Shown here one piece after another: positions 47,118 to 54,304 of a stretch of 64,000 nt of DNA (its first letter is position 1; every line of letters begins with the position of its first letter). The notes beneath the pieces are model-generated. The model worked only from the letters and a program-made list of their open reading frames with translations, had not been told where the DNA came from and ran no database searches. The stretch spans positions 1 through 64,000 of the IMG/VR virus record IMGVR_UViG_3300020036_001974; one strand, given 5' to 3'. The DNA is from a virus (Duplodnaviria; Caudoviricetes). Made by a program: the position numbers and the translations under genes.

Positions 47118-47413
47118 TTTTTAGTGCTTTTACCGTTGCTTCCGTTTCTACTTCTGTTTGTTTTAGAGCTTTCTGATACAAGTTTACCAGATTTAGTATG
47201 AGATCTGTCCTTACCCATACTTTTCATTTTACCATACGTACCAGCATCTCTGTTAGCTTTGTTCAACTTAGCACGGTACTTCTTACGCTCGGGGGTAGCG
47301 TGGTACTTAGTATCATAAGCCGCCTTCTTCTTTTTAGCTTCCGGGTGGCTGTCATAATACTTTTGTGTTTTACTCTTTGCCATTGTTTTTATAATGTTTA
47401 GTAACATAATCAT
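47114..47413 (-). CDS. Highly basic, degenerate HNH-like protein
   Basis: GKDRSH.K.......S.TNRSRNG. Confidence 0.5.
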   Translation of the reverse strand: MIMLLNIIKTMAKSKTQKYYDSHPEAKKKKAAYDTKYHATPERKKYRAKLNKANRDAGTYGKMKSMGKDRSHTKSGKLVSESSKTNRSRNGSNGKSTKK

Positions 47414-47521
47414 ATACTCGTCTTACCTCATAATTTGGATTTTCAAAATCATCCATTGCAAGCTCATCGTAAAAGAACTTACGTAAGAACTGCCAAAGTC
47501 TTTCTTCCTTACTCTTTGCCA

Positions 47522-47722
47522 TTAGTTTAAATTGTTTAAAATGTTAGTAGAATCTTCTCCATTTGCCATATCGTTAAATGCATTAGAAGCAGCATTAATA
47601 GCAGGAGAATCACCATTGTGATTGCAATACATAGCAGTATACTCTTCCTTGTCGATAAGAAGAAGATAATCTTTAGATAAGAGAAGTGCCCAGAGCGCAC
47701 GTAGTTTAAGTTTGAATTTCAT
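47522..47722 (-). CDS. Hypothetical protein
   Basis: ORF track. Confidence 0.5.
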   Translation of the reverse strand: MKFKLKLRALWALLLSKDYLLLIDKEEYTAMYCNHNGDSPAINAASNAFNDMANGEDSTNILNNLN

Positions 47723-47842
47723 CTTAATATTGATTTAACAGCCTCATATAATGATTTACACTTATCCTCAGAAATACCAGCCAAGGTTTTCTCCCAAGCC
47801 TCTTTCTGTAATTTTCTAACCTTTGATTGTTTCATAGTTTAA

Positions 47843-48529
47843 TTATTTATGTAAAATTGTTATGTTTCCTTTTTGAATATCCTTGAAAGTACAACTTTTA
47901 TTTGTCAGATGGTCGATGACCTCGTTGGCCTTTTGATTGTATGTCCTCCTCTTGTTTCCTCTGAAAGTATCACCAATCTGGTCTTTTCTGATCTTAGAAT
48001 AGGTATCGTCATAATTACTCTTGTGTTGTTCTTTAATCCTCTGTTTCATGATCTTATATGCCTGCTCTATGTTGGCCTCCTTTGATCTACCCTCAACCTT
48101 AACAGTAACATGTGCCTTTATGTGGGTCATCATGACTGAGCATTGTTTTCTGTTACGATGCTGACCACCGGCTCCTGTGCCACTGAAAAATCTGATAGTA
48201 ACATCTTCAGACTTAACATCCACTTGTATATCCTGTAAAGGATCAAGTACAGCTACGCTTACTGTGGAGGTTTGAGTTCGTCCTCTCTTTTCAGTAGGAG
48301 GAACCCTTTGCCATCTATGGCCGCCTATTTCATTAGCAAAGATTTTCTTGACGTCCATCCCTTGTATTCATAACTTAACAAAACCCGGACGGTTCTCCAT
48401 TGATTCTATAGTAATGTTATTCTTGTAACAGAATCTTGAGTAGACATCTGCCATGTCCTGACACAGGAGTTTTGCATCTTGTCCTCCCTCCATGTCTCTA
48501 ATTTCGATAATAATTGTTTCTTGCTTCAT
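47843..48529 (-). CDS. RF1-like peptide chain release factor lacking domain 1, with an in-frame TGA at codon 54
   Basis: IEIRDMEGG.DA.L, GGHRWQRVPPTEKRGR (PxT), GAGGQH (GGQ), RRTYN; TGA at 48368-48370 is in frame. Confidence 0.85.
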
Positions 48530-48816
48530 TTACGTTTCAGTTTAATCCTCTTTCTATCGTACCAATACTCTATATACGAATCATTAACGAAAATAGTTAC
48601 AAAAAGTTCATCTTTTTTTGCCAAGATGAGGGCTGCGTCTATTCTACCGGTATCCTTGTCTACCCGAACCTGCTCCAGATGGGTCACTGGTAAGGTAATG
48701 TACCCATATTCACGAACATAGAAGGATACACTATCGTTTTGAACTAATATCCTGCCAGATATATCATAGCTCCCGGAAGTGGTAACATACATGGTCCAGT
48801 ATATGATCCACTTCAT
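48526..48816 (-). CDS. Hypothetical protein
   Basis: ORF track; ATGA-coupled to the RF gene. Confidence 0.55.
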   Translation of the reverse strand: MKWIIYWTMYVTTSGSYDISGRILVQNDSVSFYVREYGYITLPVTHLEQVRVDKDTGRIDAALILAKKDELFVTIFVNDSYIEYWYDRKRIKLKRK

Positions 48817-49046
48817 AGAGTTTTTAGATAGTCGTTAAATGATAGTATTTTACTATACCCATCTTTTTTAGTGGGTCTCCATTTAAGACAATTACCACTC
48901 ATCTCAGGTCTATTAGTTATATTAATTATCTCCCCTTTCCATAACAACCATCTCCACTTTAAACTATTACCTTCATTAAAGATTTGAAGTATATTATTAT
49001 TTATAAATCTCCATCTCCCTATATACTCACTGTTGGACATAATCAA
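48813..49046 (-). CDS. Tagged microprotein
   Basis: Ends SFNDYLKTL. Confidence 0.7.
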   Translation of the reverse strand: MIMSNSEYIGRWRFINNNILQIFNEGNSLKWRWLLWKGEIINITNRPEMSGNCLKWRPTKKDGYSKILSFNDYLKTL

Positions 49047-49263
49047 TCAGATTGAAACTTTTAATGTCTACGTCTTTATCCTCAACTTTCTTTTTAAGAC
49101 GGGAGGTAGCGTCTGTCTTAGCCTGATAGAGGGCTGTCTGGAGAATGTGGGAAATATCCTTATCTTCTACGTCCCAGACACGATAGTCTGTCCAGAAAAA
49201 TCCTTCAGACCCTCTGACGGTGTACTTGATGAGGTATCTATGGAATGTGCCAGTTTTTCCCAT
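49027..49263 (-). CDS. Hypothetical protein
   Basis: ORF track. Confidence 0.55.
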   Translation of the reverse strand: MGKTGTFHRYLIKYTVRGSEGFFWTDYRVWDVEDKDISHILQTALYQAKTDATSRLKKKVEDKDVDIKSFNLIDYVQQ

Positions 49264-49384
49264 GCTCCTATTGGATTTTTGATTTTTATTAACTTGTCAT
49301 TTCCAGCGTAGTGATAGTGAATATAGAACTCACTTTCACATACTATTCCATTTTTGATCTCTGTGTCTGTCTCTATAACCTTAA

Positions 49385-49615
49385 TTACTGGCTTTTGACA
49401 GATCGGGCATTGCGTTTGCATCGTTTTATATAGTCTTTGAATTTATAATCAGGTTCCAGTTCCCAACACCACTGAGTCCATGATTCTGTAGCAGGATACT
49501 CATGGTAGTAATCAGGTTCAATATTCTTTTTATCATCTCCTGTAAGTTCTGCAACAAGATATTCATCAGGGTCTATACCCCATAATAACTTACGACCACA
49601 GGTCTTACATTTCAT
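49385..49615 (-). CDS. Tagged Zn-ribbon microprotein
   Basis: CKTCG; KFKDYIKRCK overlaps the MQT start of 49167-49421. Confidence 0.7.
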   Translation of the reverse strand: MKCKTCGRKLLWGIDPDEYLVAELTGDDKKNIEPDYYHEYPATESWTQWCWELEPDYKFKDYIKRCKRNARSVKSQ

Positions 49616-50343
49616 TTCTTAATAGGATAAGTACTATAAGAACCACAAGACTTACACTGGTACTGTTGAACCTGAATCCCCCCGGCTGTCAATCTCACCA
49701 TCTTCTTAGCTAAAGAATTACTTCCACAATTCCGGCAAGCACAATCTGACTTAGGAGTTGAAAAAGGATGGTTTTCAATATAAGGTCTTATTTTAAGATA
49801 GACCTCCTCCAGACGAACAACGTCTATTTTATTATATTTAACCATTTCAGCTACTGCTAGTCTTTCTCCTCTCATAGCCCGGAGCCACATTCCTGTTGAG
49901 GTTTCAATCTTACCATGCCCTATTAGCTTTTTACCTAAAAAGTCAAGACGGTTGGAGGTAAAGGCAGCTATTTTCTTTATTTCCTTGAGGGTATCCAGTT
50001 GAACAATCTTAGGCAGCGGTTTTAAACCGTGAAAGATCAACCTCGCATTTAATTTTTTAGTATCGAATTTTTTAGAATTATGCCCTATTAGAATATCTGC
50101 TTCTTCTAAAGCCTCTCTAAGGGCTTTACAAACCCCATAATCATCATCTGCCGACTTACGCTTAAAGTCATTGATTGAGGTAGATTTTACACTCTTAGCT
50201 CCTAGTTCCTTCCAAGCTGCTGAGATAATGAAGGTATCCTGAAGGATGTCAGTGTGGTTAATGTGGTCCTGATACAGGCTCCAAGTAGTAGCAATAATTG
50301 GAGAAGTTTCGATGTCGTATAGAACTATCTTAGGTTTTCTCAT
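49612..50343 (-). CDS. DnaQ/RNase H-like 3'-5' exonuclease with a C-terminal Zn ribbon
   Basis: YDIETS, GHNSKKFD, YNKIDV, CRNCG...CKSC. Confidence 0.85.
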   Translation of the reverse strand: MRKPKIVLYDIETSPIIATTWSLYQDHINHTDILQDTFIISAAWKELGAKSVKSTSINDFKRKSADDDYGVCKALREALEEADILIGHNSKKFDTKKLNARLIFHGLKPLPKIVQLDTLKEIKKIAAFTSNRLDFLGKKLIGHGKIETSTGMWLRAMRGERLAVAEMVKYNKIDVVRLEEVYLKIRPYIENHPFSTPKSDCACRNCGSNSLAKKMVRLTAGGIQVQQYQCKSCGSYSTYPIKK

Positions 50344-50546
50344 TTTAAAAGGTTTAAATATTTATTAAAAGAAACTTCTATAAATCTATCTTTATACCAA
50401 GGACCACTCCATTCACCATTTACTTTAACCTCTATCAATTCCCTGTCACTGTTATCAAACGTGTATGTGGTTTCGGCAATCTCATACACTTTACAGGCTA
50501 TAAGTAAAGAACCGGGAGTTGTTGATATACACTTAGCGTACTTCAT
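50340..50546 (-). CDS. Tagged microprotein
   Basis: Ends SFNKYLNLLK. Confidence 0.75.
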   Translation of the reverse strand: MKYAKCISTTPGSLLIACKVYEIAETTYTFDNSDRELIEVKVNGEWSGPWYKDRFIEVSFNKYLNLLK

Positions 50547-50958
50547 TCTTAATCCTGTCTATTTCCATTAAAAGATAATGAACTGACTTGTAGAGATCTT
50601 TAACATCTCCGCTCTTTCCGTACCCTGAGGTAAGGTAGCGTTTGTTATACTTAAGGCTGTTGCCTACGTTAAAACCTTTCCCATGTTGGGAACTTCTCAT
50701 AAGATGGTACAGGTCCACCTCTGGTTCTCCTTCTTCGTACTTATCCTTGAAGGTTGATAATACGTGGGACACTACTTCACCAATAGAAGTAACAATAGCA
50801 GAATCGTAAAGATCAAGCTCCACGAGATCACTGGATACTTTATTATTAGCTTTATCAGCGTCATTGATTCTACTTTGTTCTGCTTTTTCTAAGATTTTGT
50901 AAATTGACTGTTCTTCCATGTTATTCTTGTTGCGTTTCTTGATGTATACGATCAACAA
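50533..50958 (-). CDS. DUF3310-like protein
   Basis: GFNVGNSLKY..RY...K....DLYKSVHYL. Confidence 0.7.
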   Translation of the reverse strand: MLIVYIKKRNKNNMEEQSIYKILEKAEQSRINDADKANNKVSSDLVELDLYDSAIVTSIGEVVSHVLSTFKDKYEEGEPEVDLYHLMRSSQHGKGFNVGNSLKYNKRYLTSGYGKSGDVKDLYKSVHYLLMEIDRIKNEVR

Positions 50959-51526
50959 GGCTTAAAGGTTTCACTTCTTGTGAAGTTTCTTCAATAAATA
51001 CTTCATCTTTTATATCAGCTATCTTTGCAAGCTTCTTTTTAGCTTCAACAAGATCCGGGATTGTCATGAGTAGTGCATTTCGCTTTTTCAGCTCATCTGT
51101 CTCCACAGGAACATCCTTTCCATCCACATTGGTAGTGGAGGACATTATAGTCTTTTTGATTAATTCTATTTGTTTGTTGATTATCTCCAGCATATCCCGA
51201 TCCTCATCGTGCTGGATCTCTAGGTACTTAGCAAGGGCTGCTTCTATCTTTGGGTTCTTACCTTCTACTATCTCCCGGGCACGGAGATCAAGTGTCTCAT
51301 GGTTTCTATTCTGAATCTTACCACCTGCTGACAGAATGGCTAATTCTTTTCTTTTAGTAATAGGGTGTTGTTTTAAAGGAGACTTGTAATCAGCTACAAG
51401 CATTACATACCTCATCCACTTGTCTCCAACCCTTGCATCTTCTTCTAATGCAGCAAATTCAGGTATAAGTCTTAATCCATTATGGGAATCAAATACCGAC
51501 TTTCCCCGTTCTATCTGGTAAAGCAT
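50921..51526 (-). CDS. Conserved phage hypothetical protein (possible small terminase)
   Basis: Helical; 'Y...VADYKSP' pattern recalled from crAss-like genes near terL. Confidence 0.4.
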   Translation of the reverse strand: MLYQIERGKSVFDSHNGLRLIPEFAALEEDARVGDKWMRYVMLVADYKSPLKQHPITKRKELAILSAGGKIQNRNHETLDLRAREIVEGKNPKIEAALAKYLEIQHDEDRDMLEIINKQIELIKKTIMSSTTNVDGKDVPVETDELKKRNALLMTIPDLVEAKKKLAKIADIKDEVFIEETSQEVKPLSLVDRIHQETQQE

Positions 51527-51668
51527 CTAAATAGTTATTAAAATTAATAGGATAATGAAAAGCAGGATAGTGTATATCTTTACAATAAGGGTTTGAATCT
51601 TTATCAAGATACAAACCTATTACTTTAGTTTTAACCAGTTCTACCTTGCAATATTTACATTTATACAT
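51489..51668 (-). CDS. Tagged Zn-ribbon microprotein (not in track)
   Basis: MYKCKYCK...C...H...INFNNYLDALPDRTGKVGI*, 59 aa. Confidence 0.7.
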   Translation of the reverse strand: MYKCKYCKVELVKTKVIGLYLDKDSNPYCKDIHYPAFHYPINFNNYLDALPDRTGKVGI

Positions 51669-52028
51669 TAATTCTTGGTAAGGACATGGGTGATGGTTTC
51701 TTGCTCAATCCCGCCACAACCCACCTATTCACCATTCCTTGTATTCGTTAATTCCTGTATTATAATTGCTTTAGTAGGAGAATGAGAAAGTAAATTAATC
51801 CGTGAAAAATGGTTATAGCTATCGCTACCATTTATCACTTCCTCATTCTTCGATTTCTTGCTTTGAGCTATCGAAAGAGTTTCCCTTGGAATTAATACAC
51901 TCAAGGTATTGGAGTCAACTTTACTGCTGTGTATTCAGCACACTAGTCTTACGGTTCTCTCCTTTGTACCACCGCTGCGCTTGCTAGTTCCCCTGATAGC
52001 GCAATAAAATACACTCGTCATCCGTCTT

Positions 52029-52445
52029 TTAATCCCGCCCAAGTGTAAGTCTCTTAATAGAACCCCTCGGCTCTATCAACATCCCCTCTATCTCCTTTTT
52101 TAAATCACTTTTAGACATTAAGTTCACTTTTTCATTAGTGATCCTCAATAATCTCATTCTTCTAGTTTTTGTAAGATAAGACTCTCTTATTCTATCTTTT
52201 TTTATTTGATTCTCATCTTCGTGGTATTTTCCATCAATTTCAATACACAGGAAGTAAGGCTTCGGTAAATAAAAATCAACAATCGAGAACCTATCTGTCA
52301 AAAACGCTTTTTGAAATACAAACCTATATTTTAAATCCTCCAATAATCCAAATATAATATCTTCGGATTCTGTGCTATTTTCAATAAGATAGTTCTTCTT
52401 TCTAATCAAAGAACCACCGTGTAGTTTGATATAACTTTCTTTCAT
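52029..52445 (-). CDS. DUF559/Vsr-like endonuclease
   Basis: IVDFY......IEIDGKYH.......D..R...L.....LRITN. Confidence 0.85.
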   Translation of the reverse strand: MKESYIKLHGGSLIRKKNYLIENSTESEDIIFGLLEDLKYRFVFQKAFLTDRFSIVDFYLPKPYFLCIEIDGKYHEDENQIKKDRIRESYLTKTRRMRLLRITNEKVNLMSKSDLKKEIEGMLIEPRGSIKRLTLGRD

Positions 52446-52631
52446 TTATGATCTAAAAACCATTCTCTGGTAAAGTTACGAGGCCCCCAGAGGTCCAGTT
52501 CTTTAATTCTATCTTTTCCTAGAATCCTATTAAGCTCAACAAAAGTCATGCCAACTTTATAATTAGGACGAAATGTCTTAATTACGTAGCTTACTTCATA
52601 AGAATTTAAAGGTTCCATTTTACTTATTTAG

Positions 52632-52701
52632 TAGCGGACCCCGGAATCGAACCGGCCCTTGAGGGATATGAACCCTTAATGCACCATTACACCTTTCCGC
52701 G
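52632..52701 (-). tRNA. tRNA-Met(CAT), initiator-like
   Basis: CAT anticodon, GGG/CCC anticodon stem, mismatched 1:72 pair, GTTCGATT T-loop; CCA not encoded. Confidence 0.8.
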
Positions 52702-52706
52702 ATATA

Positions 52707-52780
52707 GAGCGTTCGGAGGGATTCTAACCCCCTTCTTCCATATTACAAGTATGGGCTTCAACAGCAAAGCTTCAAACGCT
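52707..52780 (-). tRNA. tRNA with TGT (Thr) anticodon, atypical
   Basis: Cloverleaf: AGCGTTT/GAACGCT, GCTT/AAGC, CCATA/TATGG with loop CT-TGT-AA; T-loop TTAGAAT. Confidence 0.75.
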
Positions 52781-52876
52781 TAAAAGTAAGTGGGTACGTC
52801 ATACCACTTATCCAGAATACGACCGGGTACGCACTCGCCTTTCGGAGAGACAGCCGGTTTCTGTTATAATATCTAC

Positions 52877-52892
52877 CACAAAAACCGTGCCA
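52877..52892 (-). promoter_or_regulatory. Sigma54-like site driving the leftward tRNA operon
   Basis: TGGCACG-GTTT-TTGTG on the minus strand. Confidence 0.55.
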
Positions 52893-52982
52893 GACTCAAA
52901 ATACTTTAAAATAATCAGAAATTTGGCAACTTTTTAAGTGGTTCTTACGTTATAACGTAGAAAGGCACCAAAAGGTTTCAAA

Positions 52983-53162
52983 ATGGCATTAAAATCTATA
53001 AAAATAGAACATCTGGAGAGAAGTTTGTTAAAATCAGATGAATCTTGGAAGGATCATTCTAAGTCCAGAAAGGGTTTAAAGAAGATGAGGAACCGGAAAC
53101 TACGTAGGACTCCTGTTACTGAAAAACCTGCCACAAAGAGGTATACTGACTATGAATTTTAA
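52983..53162 (+). CDS. Small basic protein (not in track)
   Basis: MALKSIKIEH...YTDYEF*, 59 aa. Confidence 0.5.
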   Translation: MALKSIKIEHLERSLLKSDESWKDHSKSRKGLKKMRNRKLRRTPVTEKPATKRYTDYEF

Positions 53163-53163
53163 C

Positions 53164-53179
53164 TGGCATGGTTTTTGCT
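53164..53179 (+). promoter_or_regulatory. Sigma54-type promoter
   Basis: TGGCATG-GTTT-TTGCT. Confidence 0.65.
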
Positions 53180-53185
53180 GTAGGT

Positions 53186-53695
53186 ATGAATATGAACGCT
53201 ATTATGTATAAAAAGGCCCAGTCCTACGCATATAAGTGTCGTCCTGATGAATATAAAGATTTAGTTCACGATGCTTGGGTAGTTTGGTGGGATAAAAAAG
53301 GAGAAGACCTGTTTGATCAGGATGAGAGACTTGTAATGAGAGTACTTAAGTATATTGTGCTTAGTAGATCTCAGAAAGATTATTTTGTTCAGAATGGAGA
53401 AAAGCGTCATAAGTTATTCATAAACGTTGAAAAACTAACCTGTACATCTTATGATAGTGAATTTAATACAAAAGCACTTAAGGCTTTACAAAACTCACCG
53501 CTTATTACCGAAACAACACCTGAAAGGATTCTCATTGACAAGGATGAGATGGAGGTAGTACGCAAGAGGCTTACCGAAAAGCAGAAGACTGTATTTGATT
53601 TATTAACAGAAGGATTGTCCAGAAAGCAAATAGATATGAGCCAACAGCTTTGTAGCTATTATATTTCCCAGATAAGAAAGAAAAGATTTAACTAA
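53186..53695 (+). CDS. ECF/sigma70-like transcription factor
   Basis: Region-2-like YKDLVHDAW; region-4-like LTEKQKTVFDLLTEGLSRKQI; start codon uncertain. Confidence 0.55.
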   Translation: MNMNAIMYKKAQSYAYKCRPDEYKDLVHDAWVVWWDKKGEDLFDQDERLVMRVLKYIVLSRSQKDYFVQNGEKRHKLFINVEKLTCTSYDSEFNTKALKALQNSPLITETTPERILIDKDEMEVVRKRLTEKQKTVFDLLTEGLSRKQIDMSQQLCSYYISQIRKKRFN

Positions 53696-53989
53696 TGACA
53701 GACGAAGAATTGAGATTAGAGATTTTAAAGCAAATAGTGTTTCTTCACAAAGGAGAGGGAATAGATAAACAACGCTTTCTTGACGACCTTAAAGGAAGCT
53801 ACGAGTTTATGAAAAACACGTTAAAAGAACCAGTTGAAAAGAATTCAAAACCAAACGAATATCCATACAAATGAAACCAAAACCAAAAGCATCAGCATCA
53901 GTAGGAGTTAAAGCAACTCTTAGACCAGTACCTCCTAAGAATAAAAAGACCCATTTCGGTGCTAATTCATCTAAAGGAACAACAAGAAA

Positions 53990-54304
53990 ATGAACAACTT
54001 TAATGATTACATAGCTGAGATTAGAGCCTCTGAGAGACTCAAGAAAACTCTTGAATTGTTTAAGAAAGGTAATTTAACAATTGAAGAAGCTATTGAATTC
54101 ATAGCCTCAGACGTCCAGTTCCATAAAAAAGAAATTCAAGAGAGTTCTTTTTCAGGATATTCTTATATACCAACATGGATTGGTGGAACAGGATCTGGAA
54201 TTACATATACATCAGACCCCCTAACAGGTAATCCATATTTAGTAAGCGGAACAACAACTACAACAAGTGTCAGCCTATCAGGACCCGATAATAGTACCAC
54301 ATAA
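53990..54304 (+). CDS. Hypothetical protein
   Basis: ORF track. Confidence 0.5.
   Translation: MNNFNDYIAEIRASERLKKTLELFKKGNLTIEEAIEFIASDVQFHKKEIQESSFSGYSYIPTWIGGTGSGITYTSDPLTGNPYLVSGTTTTTSVSLSGPDNSTT

Noticed and set aside
22377-51668. Diversity-generating retroelement as the source of microprotein variety
   Set aside because: No reverse transcriptase and no near-identical template/variable repeat pair differing at adenines was seen
52810-52860. SRP RNA or hammerhead ribozyme
   Set aside because: It has a GAAA tetraloop but lacks the SRP CAGG/AGCAG loop and the hammerhead CUGANGA core
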